DNA of 63,904 nt, the filler included, from Pelomyxa schiedti (Eukaryota; Protista; Evosea), in NCBI GenBank assembly GCA_020536535.1. It is 9 parts of 9 records of this genome, joined end to end, with 100 filler letters (N's around TTAATTAATTAA, not from the genome) between each part and the next. Parts side by side here need not be neighbours in the genome. Positions count along the whole stretch, not along the records: positions 1 to 20,037 come from JAHLWZ010001097.1; 8 more parts are not named here. The stretch is one strand, 5' to 3'. Below are positions 1 through 12,901 of the stretch, in pieces; the first letter of the stretch is position 1; the number at the start of each line of letters is the position of its first letter. The notes beneath the pieces are model-generated. The model saw only the letters and a program-made list of their open reading frames with translations. It was not told where the DNA came from and did no database searches. The translations under genes and the position numbers were made by a program.

Positions 1-116
1 GTCCTGGCAACCAGATTACAGGACACAACAAAGCAGAAAGAAAGTGGCACACACCAGAAGTCTCTTGTAAACAACATGCTCTTTGAAACCCTTGGCTTTA
101 GCAGTAGTAGCCCCTG

Positions 117-993
117 TCATGACAGTGAAGTGTGGTGCTTTGTTGTCGTGTGCCAAGGTCCCGTCTTTGCAGTGTTACTCCAACTTATTGCACAACCAAA
201 CTCTTCTTCTGCTGTTTTTTCACAAACCAAGGCTGCTGCTGCCCCGCTGTGACCAAACTGGGCAGCCTGCTGCAACCAGTGGCATGATTGCTCCTCCATG
301 TCACATTCAACACCATCACCACCTTCCCTGAGATACACCAAGGTGATACATCAAAATGGCCTTGTTGGCATCCACCTCACCACCAACACCCCTCTCGTGA
401 CAATAACCAAGGACCACCCACACCCTTCCTTGTCCGATTCCCTCCACAGCCGCCAACGCCTTGCCCACATTCCTCTCGACACCATAGCCGCCACACAGAT
501 AGCACCATGCAAGATTCTGCTCTCGCGGAATCATCTCCGTCACACCTCAGCATGAGCTCCACGGCCTTTGCCCAGTCTCTCTCCACGCCGTCACCACGCA
601 CATAGCACGCGCCAAGCCTCCACGAGTTGTGTGTGTAGCAGGTCTCATCGAGCTCAATTGCCTCAGTGTTGCCGCCCCCGGGCTGCCTGGGTCAGCAGCG
701 CAATGCCCTTTGGGTGGTACACCTGCCTCTGTGGTTCCGTCAGACTAACGGCCCCATAAGTGGGCTTGAGCCAGCTCGACCATCGCGCTTGTGTCGCCTG
801 CTGCGATCCGGCTGCTGAGCCGACGTGGCTCTCGCTCGAGGTATTTTTTGTGGCTTCGGTTCATCCCCTCGACGTATTTGTCGAACTGTCGTTTGTCACG
901 CTCAGATAAGTCTTCACTCGTGGTGGCTCCACACATTTCGTCTGGTAGACGACAACTCTGTTGTTGGTTCTCCCTGGCTCTTTTTGATTGCTA
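117..993 (-). pseudogene. Sel1-like repeat protein, frameshifted or fragmented
   Basis: Sel1-type segments (GDTSAMVELAQAHLWG; LGACYVRGDGVERDWAKAVEL; LGYCHERGVGGEVDANKAI) fall in different minus frames with no clean intron to join them. Confidence 0.55.
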
Positions 994-1111
994 GCTGAAG
1001 TAAATACTGATTATTCTGGAGTTGTTCCGATGATCCAGAGGGATGGATAACAACTTGTGATCCAGTGGATCACACTGCCAGCAATCAGCATCCTGAACTA
1101 ACATCTGTAAG

Positions 1112-1749
1112 GCGCTGGGCTCGTCTTCGGGGAACAATCATCCAGACAAACCGAGGGAACTTCTGCATCTAAGCGGCGCGTTAGCGAAGACTTCACGTTG
1201 TGGATGGACACCCAGAAAACTGTGATGTCACAACCCTGCAGGGTATCGTTCTCTGCCTTTTTTCTCTGAGTTTGTGGCGCCACCCCCTTGTAACTGTAGG
1301 CCGTGGCACAATCAATCGACGGGAACAACAAGTTGATTCGTGGGGTGACAGCGTCATCCACAGAACGGCCCCACGTCCCAGACTGCGTGATCGACTACAG
1401 CCACACCCCGCTCACGTCCTGGATGTCCCAGCTGGGCTGCGCCACGGGGCAGTACCTATTGTTCGAGATGAACCGCCCGTGCAGAATCCCGGTCTTCTGG
1501 ATCAGGACCGCGATCCACCCCTGTGCCCCCAAAGACATCACTGTGTCAGGGTCACTGGGCCAGGCCACTGGGCCGTGGGTTGCACTGTGCCACTGCACGG
1601 CCAGATGTGCTGACCCATGGCAGAGGTTCGGTGTTGACGATGCATGGGCACAGACAGAGTTCAGGTGGGTCAGGGTGTTTTTCGACAGCACGCACATGAA
1701 TCCCAACCCTTTCCACGTCATGTGCAGTGGTGTCAAATTCTGGGACTGA
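1112..1749 (+). CDS. Discoidin/F5-8 type C (galactose-binding-like) domain protein, last exons
   Basis: TASS...SWMS...QYLLFEM...APKDITVSGS...W...FRWVRVFF pattern; intron 1243-1299 (GT..AG) joins the frames; 5' end unresolved. Confidence 0.5.
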
Positions 1750-1862
1750 GAGTCTCAGTTAATAACAGTTAGTAACTGACAACATGAGGTTTTAAACCAG
1801 CGATTTAAACAATACTGTTCACCAGCTTGATTCAATTCGTTTGTTTATTGTTGTTATGAAGG

Positions 1863-3497
1863 ATGCAGTCCGGGCAATGCTGCCAAAAACTTGGCACAAG
1901 GAACAAGATGTTGACAAAAGATAGCTTCCAGCAATCTCGAGAATCTCAAGTGTGGAGGGAGCAATGCTGCGGTTCATCAGAGACAACATATCTGCCATTA
2001 TCCATTCAGAGGTACCACAGCCCAGATCTCCTCTCTTCGTTGGTAATATTTAAAATCTACAAGGTGACGGCGGTGCTGGATGAGATCAAGAGGCACAACA
2101 GCAACAGCGGTGACGCGTTTGATGGACAGCAGGGTGCCGAACGCACGACGTGCGATGCGGAGGGCAGTAACGGCCATCATCATCGCGTGTTCAAGAAAAA
2201 CGCAAACGCGTTGCGATTCATGCCCCGCCGCAGCTGTCTGCGTGCAGCGGAACAACTTGGTTTGTTCCAAGCTCTTGTTTCCTTTCTTTCTTAACCTGTA
2301 CAAGAAAACTTGGTCGACTTTGTGCTGGAAACTCCAGATGGGATGAATTACCTTGTGACACATAACGGTAGTTACCGCAGTGTGTCTGCATATTAATCAC
2401 AGACAAAAACAAAAATAGGAAAGGAGGATTTTCAAACCATCATGATATTCACTGTTACACACGTCCCTGTCATGGTTGCGCAGTTGAAGGCACTCCAGGT
2501 TCAGTTTTCCTCCTTTTTGTGTGCTGGGTTGTTGACTTGTAGTCTTGGTGACAGCTAATCGCCCGATTATGTTTTTGTCATGTGAGGAATGTCCATCAAT
2601 ATCCTGATCGTCTTGACTGTTTGAGCCGAACGCACCCAAAATCCCATTTGAGTGACATTTCTTCTGCCTGCAACTTCTTACTTGCGTCGCCCAATCCGTA
2701 TGTCATGATTGTTGACCATTTCATTGCTGTTCTTGGCAAGTATAAATCGACAATTATTTTGCAGGAATGTCTCTGCGCAGGTATAATCCCACCAACACAA
2801 ATGAAATTACAATAATGTCACCATTACAACAGCATGGGGATTTTTCGGGGCAGTGCTACTTGGCGAATTCCTTGACATGCATCAATTGAAGGCCTTGACC
2901 CTTGTGACAATTGCAGGTGAGCCAGGGGCCAATCCATGAGAGGATATTTTTCTCATCATCGTTTCAGTGCAAACAATGGAAAGGAACATCTTTGATGAGC
3001 GCATCCAGGAAGCAGGTGTGGCACCATCCATTTTAAAAACACTCTTGTTGGTGAACTTCCTTCAGGTTGTGGACTGATTTCCAAGGTCGTTGATGTTTTT
3101 CCCGATTTAAGGCATGATGTTTTCTGTCTCTCCTCAAGTACATTGAAGTCTGTAATTCGTTGTCACACCAACAACATTGAAACATTCCAACAAGGTTGGC
3201 ACTTTCTCACGCTGTTCTTTATTATTTAACATAAATTCAGGATGTGCTGCATTGTTCTCCATCTCCGCGGGAGGCTCAATGCGGTTCATGAGCACCTTGG
3301 AAGAAATGTGCTTGGCATCGCTTTCAGCAGACAACAAAATTCGCCTGCAAGCCCTCAGAGTTCTCCCTGGCGACCTTGCCGAAAAGCTTGATAAGTTCAA
3401 AACCTTCCAGTATGCACAATCATTATTTAGAATCTATTCACTCACCTCGAAACAAGGTGTTCATCTTGCCACTCTCGAAAGGAGCCTGTTCTTGTGA
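1863..3497 (+). CDS. Uncharacterised intron-rich helical (ARM/HEAT-like?) protein; boundaries approximate
   Basis: Several short GT..AG introns (e.g. gtgagcc...tttcag near 2917-2967; gttggc...attcag near 3195-3240) link helical-looking ORF pieces. Confidence 0.3.
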
Positions 3498-3940
3498 CTG
3501 TCGTAATGTCCACAACAATCAACCACCGGTTCACCATGCTTGCATTTTGCAGTCCACAATGCCACCAAGGTTGGAAAAGTGCATCTTGTTCCCTTCAATA
3601 ACGCATCAATAATTAAGAAAGAAACAAGCATGGACAATGCACATTTGAGTTATGTTTTTTTACACTGTAACATAAAAAGCTATTCTAAAAAAAAGGAAAG
3701 GTATGCTGAGTCGGACTATTTAACATCCAGTCTATACTTGCCGACGTTGGCGGGTCCCATAACTACAACCCAGCCTCCACCTCTTCATCACTATTTCCGA
3801 TCCGATCTCTTCTGCGAAATCGGGGTTTCAAGAAAGACAAGAAACACGAGCGAAGGACGCGTACACCTCACCAACACATCAGCCAGGCTGGGGCGGGGGG
3901 GCTGGTTGGTGATATATACCGTCATATGTCACATGCGACC

Positions 3941-6900
3941 ATGTCTTCTTCAACGACGCGGTTGCTGGTTGTAGCTCTCCTCCTCCTCACCACCACCCTA
4001 CTTGTCCCACCCGCGCGGTGTTGTGGTCTCAGCGCCCTGGTCCAGGGGAATCGGCACGGGGTGCAGGAGGAGGGGGAGCAGGGGCGAGGGGCATGGGCAG
4101 AGGGGGCACAGGGAGAGGCGGCAGGGAGCGGGGGCGGGGCCAAAGCGACAGCAATGGGCCGGCGGCCAGGGGCGGACGTGGTGCGGCTGGAGGTGGAGGC
4201 CCTGTGCGACATGTACAGCTACAACGCCCCGTCGTCGTGGCTCCTCGTGCTCACCTCCGCCTCGTCCTCCGCCTCGTCGTCGTCCGAGTCGTCGTCTTCG
4301 TCGCGGTCGTCCTCCGCGTCGTCGTCGTCGGCGTCCTCGTCGTCCTCTTCGGCGTCGTCGTCGGCGTCGTCCTCGTCGTCGCGGTCGCGCTCTCTCTCGC
4401 CGTCGGCGTCCTTGTCTGACTCGCGCTCTTCCTCCTCGGAATCGTCGTCGTCATTGTCGGGGTCTGGCTCCGATTCGTACTCGGCTTCGTATTCCTCTTC
4501 CTCTTCGTCTTTGTCTTTGTCTTCGTCCTCGGATTCTGAATCGGAATCTGAATCTTCGTCCTCCAGTTCTGAGTCTGGCTCGTACTCTTCTTCGGAACCA
4601 CCATCGTCGTCATCGTCGGTATCTGGTTCCGAATCATACTCAGATTCTGAGTCGGATTCTTTGTCTTACAGTTTGAGTTCCAGTTCACAGTCTGAATCGT
4701 CTTCATCCCGCTCTCAATCCACCTCTGAATCGGTTTCGGATTCTGAGTCTAGTTCATGCTCGGATTCACAGTCGGAATCAAACTCTTTTTCTGGATCTAC
4801 CTCTGTTTCAGAGTCTCTTTCTTCATCGGTGTCATCATCATCATCTAGTGCATCTTTTTCTGAATCTGGCTCGTCAAGCACTAGCAAAAGTGAATCTACT
4901 TCCATTTCTTTGAGCGCATCGTATTCAAAGTCTGAGTCTTCAAGTTTGTCACTGTTTTTTGTCATATTGTTTAACACCATTTTTAGATTCACTTTCAAGT
5001 TCGGAAGTAGCGCCCCTTTTCCATTTGTACAACGCTGAGGAAAGTGCTCTGTAAGTTACAGAAATAATTTATTAATCCCTTACATAGTGACTTTATTAGG
5101 GCCACTGACCCATGTTCTGAAGAAGCAAAAAGGGTGAACAATTCCTGTGTCCTGAACCTCCCTGGGGTGACATGTGGACAAGTGGATGGTGTTGAGAGAA
5201 TCACTGAATTGTGAGTACCTGAGGTCACCTTATTATTAGCACCCTAACGCTTGGGTAGATCCCTCCCGAACAACGACATGCATGGGCACTTGCACACATC
5301 CATTGGCAACATGGACAAGATTATCTATCTGTGAGTAATTTCTGAATTCCGACTTTTGTTCTAAGCACAACCATAAATGTGAAGTGACCTGAGCAATAAC
5401 AATCTCGATGGAACACTCCCGCCGCAAATGGAGGATATGATCTTGGAATACATGTTTCTACTCTCCTCCCTCCAATACAATCCCAACCAACAACTGACAG
5501 AGATTTGTCAAGCAATCAGTTCACAAGCACTGTTTATTCGATTAGAAACCTGGCAGTTACCTATTTTATGTGTGTGTAGAATTATGTTCCCATTTCTTTT
5601 ATTGGCTCATGATGCCATTTTCTTTTCTTTTGTTTTTTTAGTGATTTGTCAAATAACTACTTTTATGGCCCAACCGGGACTTTTCTTGATTTCCAATCCC
5701 AATGGTACACACAAAACAAACTTCCTTAGTTTCATCATTACCAAGTGATATTTCTGAAACGTGCCTTGTGTGCAAGCAATGTGGGGTATGCGTCGCTTCA
5801 CCCAAGAAAAGTGACAGAAAGTGCAATTGTTTGAACAATAACGACTGCTTTATTGATAATGAGTGTGTGGATCATGGAACACGCCCGTCTTGGAATGAAT
5901 GCCTGGTATGTATTCACTGTCAGCCCTCATCATACTTACACATGTTAGCAATGCATTTCTCCAGCGAATCCCACAAACTGGACTGCCTTGAAAGGAGTTG
6001 CATGTGATGATGGGGACCTCTGCACCCGATCTGATCAATGTGACTCCAATGGAAATTGTGCTGGACGCCCTTTTCTTTGCACAAATACCTCTTCATGTAC
6101 ATGTATGACCTTCAGTGATTTCTTTTCCTTTTTTAACTAAACAACAGTTTCACAGTGTGATGGTACAAAATGTGCCATTAATGTAACTGCCGGATATTGT
6201 TGGATTCATAATACATGTTTCGTTGATGGGCAAGTCAACCCAACCAATCCCTGTCAAGGTTGCAATGCCTCTGAAGCTCCAGAAAAGTGGATTGACATTT
6301 GTTCATCTTCATTTAGTTCATCCCTCTCAGAGTCTCTCTCAGCATCTACATCGTCCTCTTCTTTGTCTGAATCTCTGTCAACCTCAGCTTCAGTTGATTC
6401 TTTCTCCATATCATCTAAGTCAGGCTCAACGTCATCTTCATCTCAGTCGATATCATCCTCTTTCTCTGAGTCAGACTCTGCGTCATCTTCATCATACACA
6501 CAATCTCCGTCGGTTTCTGATTCCTTCTCCTCATCCGACTCCTCTTCCAAGTCAGTTTCAGTATCCTGTTCTGGGTCAGACTCTTTATCACCATCAACAT
6601 CCACATCAGATTCCACATCCGATTCCACCTCTTACTCAGACTCAACCTCCGACTCATACTCCTCAAAACTGAGTTCCGAGTCGAGTTCAATATCTTCGTC
6701 CACTTCCAATTCCAATTCCATTTCTCAGTCCGTATCGGTTTCTGAGTCACTGAACTCTGTTTCCCAATCGGCATCGGAATCAAGCTTTCTATCGGTATAC
6801 CGACCTAGCTTTCCTCTCTTACACATTACCACAGGAATCCAAATTGGTTTCCACACCTGACAGTGATGATTCGGGTATTAGTCTAACAATAATTTTGGCG

Positions 6901-9222
6901 ATTTCGATACCTACTTGCATTTTTGCAATCTCGTTCATTGCTTTTTCTGTTGTACTTGGTGTCAAGTAAGTAAAAACTCACCTTTTTTTGAGAGTAATTT
7001 CTACACAGGATGTGGAGAGACCATCGACGCGGAAATTACACCTTACTTCGTGCACCTTCTCTGTCTCGGCTTTTGTACACTGATGCCTCCATTAATCTTG
7101 ATGGCTTCAAGTAAGTTCTACCTGTGTTATGCACGTCTGATTAGCTTTAGGCATACAACTTCCGAAGAATTTCCACTTCAAGTACTGTAACCAAACAACT
7201 TACAACAATTTTTAACTTGAATGAAACAATCCAGGTCGACCCAATATCACTTGACTTCGGACTTGGCAACCACCAAGCTCCAGTTGGCACAGAGATGACA
7301 CAGTGCATCCTCATCTCAAATAAGTTCAGAAGGAAGGCAGTGGCATTCAAAGTTATGGCTCCTCAGAGTGCCAAGTATGCCTTATCGGTTTTCCCCGAAG
7401 TGGGGCGATTGAAGGGGGTGCGCACTACTTTCAACACCTGTTGTTGTACTTAAACGTCACAGAAACGTACAACAACGGTCACTTTGAAGTTCACCATTCT
7501 TTGTACCACTGTTATAGACACAGATGTTCTCATACTTTGCTTTTCAGGTTTTTTTCCTTTTATTATCCTTTTGGAATTCTAAGGATTATTCAAAGATTCT
7601 GAGGAGGCGGAACAACAAGTTCTTTCATTAAAAGTGATGCTTTTCGCATTAACAGGCTACAGATGTTCGTATCACTGAAGATTCACATGGAATCTATGCT
7701 CTCTACTTTCCTTGATTTTGATGAAATTCAGGTTCCGTGATAATAAATAACTTAGAAACAATTTATCTAACCACAGACTTTAGTTGCATAAGCCCTGCAT
7801 TGGCGAAGGTTTTCCTCTTTTTTTGTTTTTCGTGGAAACTAACAATAAATTCGTTTTCAGGCTCTTATGGCATTGTCTATAAGGCGGAGTGGTATTTAAT
7901 TTACAATCTGCTGTGCCACAAATAACATTATCTAGGCGGAGTCAAGAAGTTGCTGTGAAAGTCATCAAGGTACCACGAGTGCCCACAAGCCCAAAATATT
8001 TTTCACACATATTTGGGATAGTTTCAAGAAGGAACTGATGCTATGTCCGACTTCATGAACGAAGTTCGTGCCCTGGAGGCAGTCAGATGTCCCCAAGTAT
8101 GACTTGTGACTCGCGGATCTTAACCGATAGTTACTGTCTTATCTTAGATTGTGCATTTTTATGGTGCATGCAGGACACCAGGAAAACTAGCCATTGTCAC
8201 TGTACGGTCCAAGTAAAATTCCTCTGCATTCACTTTATTTTCAGGAGTTTTTCTCCCTTGGCAACCTTGCAAATTGTTTGAAGGTAAAAAGAGTTCAGCA
8301 CAAAAACCACTGTAACCATATATAGACATACCCTTTCTCTCCAAGACTCAAGCTGAAATGTCTCCTCGATTGTGCACGAGGAATGAATTTCCTTCACAGC
8401 AGTCATTTCCTCCATCGAGACCTAAAGACTGATAACCTACTGGTTTTTGGTGTTACTACAGTTCCCAAACCTCACCAATTTTTAGATGGTATCTCTTGAT
8501 GAATTGGCAATGCTTAATTGCAAGCTTACCGGTATGTAACCCCGAGAAAGGAAGTTGTTCACAACATAACTCAGATTTTGGAACAACAAGAGACATCAAC
8601 AGAATCAAAGCCACAGGGCAATATACAATTGGAGTATTTTCTTTGTTTACCGGAAATATTCACTTATTCCTCGCAGATAGGTACCCCAGCTTTCATGGCT
8701 CCAGTATGTGAAACACTTTGTGAAGGAACCTCTGACTTACAATAGGAACTTCTGAAAAATGGAGCTTATAATGAGAGTGTTGATGTATATAGGTGCGATT
8801 TTATTACGGTTCACCTTTTTTTAACTGGTTCTCAGCTTCAGCCATGTGGCTTATCACGTTATCACTGGGACGGAGCCATTTGCCGGGTTCCCGTCCATGT
8901 GGGGTGTGCATAAACACTCAAAAAGTTAAACGGAATCTTATCTCTCCCACAGGAATCATTGACTTTGTAATGGCAGGGAAGGTTTGTTTCTTTCCTTCTT
9001 ATCCTTCCCGCACTTACCCGGTTCCACAGAGACTCCCATTGGATGGGGTTCTACCTGAGGAGATAGCGCAATTGATCACAGTTTGTTGGTCCGCGGAGCC
9101 CCACAACAGGCCAAGTATCATACAATAACCAAACCATTCACTCACGTCACCACTTAGGTTTCAGTGAAATCACCAGAGAACTGGACCACCTCCTATCACA
9201 TTTACGTGAAGGAAGCACCTAA
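3941..9222 (+). CDS. Receptor-like transmembrane TKL kinase: signal peptide, Ser-rich stalks, Cys-rich repeats, TM helix, Ig-like juxtamembrane domain, kinase
   Basis: MSSSTTRLLVVALLLL signal peptide; CDDGDLCT-type repeats; TM near 6880-6950; after splicing micro-exons, GEGSYGIVYK, VAVK, HRDLKTDN, DFG, GTPAFMAPE and CWSAEPHNRP motifs; stop TAA 9220-9222. Confidence 0.85.
4255..4940 (+). repeat. Low-complexity TCN (Ser) coding tract; a second tract lies at about 6300-6790
   Basis: Degenerate (tcg/tcc/tct)n repeats encoding SSSASSS/SESDS. Confidence 0.9.
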
Positions 9223-9428
9223 AACCACTCACTGTTTCCAGGAGCCTCCCTTTAGGTGCATAATTCTATTGCAACCTTACAGCACACAACCAACACCACT
9301 TAGCTATGTACCTCTCAATTTTGTGTTTTTAGAAAAGAGATGTTTTCTCCTTGTAACTTATATTCAAATCAAAGTGAAAATAAGGAGTGGAGTGACAACT
9401 CAAAGGGGTGAAAGGCTAAATTGTATTA

Positions 9429-11376
9429 TTAAGTGCGCTTTATCTTGAGGAAAGAGGGCTGGTAGTTTGCGGGGGCCTCATAGCCAAGGAGGTTGATGTA
9501 GGTTGCTGTGAGGTTTGCAAGACCTGGTGGTGTGGGAAGTACTGATGTGTCAACCACAAAGTCGTTGTGGGGGTCGCCGTCGATGATCATAAAGTCAACT
9601 GGGTTGCATGTGTGGCTGGTCATTACGGCTCCGGCCTTGTCAATCATCTGCTCGGCGTTGCCGTGGTCCGCGGTAATAACGCAAATGCCCTTCTTTGCTA
9701 GAACGAGCGGAACAACGCGCCTGAGCTGGGCATCAACTACCTTGACTGTGGAAATGTTAGTATAAGGATTGGTGGTGTCTGGCGGGGTGAATTACCTGAT
9801 TCAACGACAGCCGGGATGTTGCCAGTGTGGCCGACCATGTCTGTGTTGGCGTAGTTGCATCGCATCCACTTGTACTTTCCGGTTTCTATTGCGGCAATGA
9901 GCTTGTCTGTAACTTCAGCGGCCTTCATCTCTGGATGCGACTCCGTGGCCTCATTTGGCAAGCTTCTGACTTCCTCATAAAGCTCGAGTGCGGGAGCAAT
10001 GTAGCCAGACTTGTTTCCGTTCCAGAAGAAAGTCATGTGCCCAAACTTGTGGGTCTCAGCGAGAGCATAGCAGGTAATTCCAGTAGCAGTAATAAATTCA
10101 GAGGAAGTATTATGGATAGAGGGTGGGTCACAAAGGAATACTGGGGGAATGTGCCACTCTGTGTCATACTCTAGGAGTCCAGCATATCGGACACGGGGTC
10201 TCTCTTCACGGTCAAAGAACGTGAAGTTCTCATCAATGAAAGCCTTTGAAATTTGAACAGCACGATCACCACGGAAGTTGAAATTGATAACGGCATCTCC
10301 ATCAACCATGCGGCCAATAGGTGCTCCAGTGGAATCAACAATGACAAATGGAGGATTGAATTGGTCCAGTTTCTTGGGGTAAACACGCCTTGCACATGTT
10401 ATGGCCTCAACTGCAGAAGGGAAGTAGCCTGGATAATCAGCAGTGATATCTGCTGGGGCAACAACACCACGAACGTGAGCATCCCAGCCGCGCTTGACTA
10501 TCCCCCAGTCGCTTCCGTATCTGATTGGGTAAGTCAGAGTTTGTTGTGGGTGGTTTTGTGGGAGCAGTACCTGTCCATGGTGACGTACATCCTGCCACCA
10601 CCAGACCCTATCCTTGCATCAACACCAGCTGCGCGCAGCTGCTCCAACTTCTCCTCCAACATTCCAATGAACTTAAGCCCACTGTCGGGAGCAACATCGC
10701 GTCCATCAAGAAGTGGGTGCACACGGATTTTCTTTCCACCGCATTTCATGACTCCCTCCATCATGCCAAAGAGCTGGGTGATGTGCGAATGAACGTTACC
10801 ATCACTCAGGAGCCCAAAGAAGTGAACAGTTTTCCCTTCCGCAACGGCTGCACCTACGACATCGTTCCAGTTCTTAGATCGGAAGAAGTTACCAGACGCC
10901 AGGGATTCATTGACCAATTTAGCACCCTACAATCAAGTCAAAAGAGCGAATAACGGAAGAGCATGGAGAGATACCTGGGAGTAAATCTGACCGCAACCAA
11001 GGGCATTGTGACCGACCTCACTGTTGCCCATATCAGCATCGGCGGGCAACCCAACGGCAGGGCCGTGGGCCTTCACGAGTGTGTGCATGTTATTCGCCTT
11101 TGCAGTCGCAACAAGCTCATTGTAGTAAGCGGGATCGGCGAGTGTGATACCGTTTCCTGCATTTATTCAACCATTACAATGAGTACATCGCTAATACTAC
11201 GTTCGTGAGGTGTTGTGGTACACAGTTGTAACAAATCAAGTGATAAAGAGACGACAATACCGACCTTTTCCTGGTTTATCAACACCCCAACCGTCGAGAA
11301 TGATGAATACAACAGGACCGGGCCTTGGTGTGAACCCAACAAGTGGCTTCAATGTCTTTGGTGTAGCGGCGGCCAT
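9429..11376 (-). CDS. gpmI: 2,3-bisphosphoglycerate-independent phosphoglycerate mutase
   Basis: PGPVVFIILDGWG, DMGNSEVGH, GLLSDGNVHSH, GGGRMYVTMDRY, NFRGDRA, ETHKFGHMTFFWNG, DMVGHTG, TADHGNAE, TSHT motifs; four short GT-AG introns. Confidence 0.95.
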
Positions 11377-11568
11377 CACTAGATCGTCTGTTTACTTGGT
11401 TTTTTATTTGCTTTTACTCTTCGGGTCTAAGTCTTAGAAGACAGATTCGCCGCCGGTGATTAATGCCAAAGGATGCAGTTGCACAAGGGCTTAGAAGTTT
11501 AGAAGAAAGAGGAACGAATCGTTTCGTTCTTCGAGTTTTGTGCAGGAGTTTTTTAGTGTTGTTTGTTT

Positions 11569-12729
11569 TCAGAGCAAAGAGCCACCAAAGGGTTGGGAAG
11601 GTGTCCTTGGTTGTGGGGTTGGTGTTGGGGAGCTTACAAATCCTCCCCAGCTGTTGTTGTTATTTGTTGCTGAAGGTGGAGGAGGGGCTGATGTGAATCC
11701 ACCAAAGAGTTGTTGCTGGGGAGAGGGAGAGGGCTGTGCTGCAGCCTGGCGCTGTCTGGTGTGCGCTGCTGATCCCGGGGGTGGTGCAAGGAGTCCCCCG
11801 CCTCCAAATCCTTCTGTTGTGGAAGGGCTGGTGCGGGCCGGAGCAGTCTGAAGTGTATAGAATAGCATTAGTATTCAGATTATATGAAGAAGAGTGTGGT
11901 GGCAGGTGGGAGCCGACCTTTAGATTGAGACTGACGGTAATTGGTTGATGGAGGCTGTAATCAACGGGTGGTTTACTTGCTTCTTCGGCCCTTCGAGCGG
12001 CAAGTTCTTTTGCTTCTTGTTGGCGCCTAATATAAGTTAATTAAATATTCGGAAAGGAATTGGGTTCTTGCCTTGCATGATCATGTAAAGCGGCATTGAA
12101 ATCAAATGCCTCGGTCCTATCAACAAATCCCATACCAACATAAGCATGCCGTCCTTTTAAAGAGTTAGTAAGTACTTCAGCATTTATAAATTTATATGCC
12201 TACCATTCCGTTCATCCTCCAAACGGAGCACGAAGTATCTGCTACTATCAATAACAGGTTCCACAGCAGTTGGAGAATTCACTGGGCACTGAGCAAACAA
12301 TTCTCCTGTACGTTTTAATTAGAAAAAACCCAGGAAAAAGAACCAAACGAAAACAATAAGAGTAGAAAATAATAAACCCACCGTTTCGAAAGTAAATAGT
12401 TCAATTAATACAATCCACCACACCCACCCACAATTCATAATCGCCTTTATTAAACTGTGTACGTATCTAACCCCCCTCCCCCGTAGTCCCCAAGTTTCGT
12501 CGGGTACGCCGCCCCATAATTGCGGGGAATACACACCGTTAGTTGGGTTTATGAGCTTGATTACTGGGATGTCGCCCCTCTCTACCACGACGAGTTTCCC
12601 CTGCCATATCAGATCTGCCGGGCCCCAGCCCTCGGCCCGGTATCCCTCCGCTGATGTCCGTGCCTTGAGCCGGTACACGAAGCACTCCTTCACTATCAAC
12701 AACGTGGACTCCAGCTTGTTGTCCGACAT
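11569..12729 (-). CDS. NECAP: Adaptin ear-binding coat-associated protein (NECAP)
   Basis: ECFVYRL...GYRAEGW...WQGKL, ELFAQCPV, AVEPVIDSSRYFVLR, HAYVGMGF...AFDFNAAL motifs; Pro/Gly-rich tail. Confidence 0.92.
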
Positions 12730-12901
12730 TTTGCTTTGTTCCTTGAGCAGAAATCAGATCAGGGTCATCAAAAACCACTTGTTAAAATTCGAATGTTCTG
12801 ATGCACCCACGTGCCGTCTGGGACGCGCTTTTTTTTTTCCCCTTCTGTTTGGCAGGGATTATGCGGGTTGCTCCATAAATTATTAATCCACGTGAGCCAA
12901 A

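Noticed and set aside
4002-4706. Long Arg-rich, Val-rich and Thr-rich overlapping ORFs (similar ones at 30289-31036, 32582-33652, 36351-36986, 44019-44501)
   Set aside because: Shadow frames of low-complexity GC-rich coding sequence.
9429-11376. iPGM as a novel bacterial gene transfer
   Set aside because: Intron-containing plant/kinetoplastid-type iPGM is already known in many protists.
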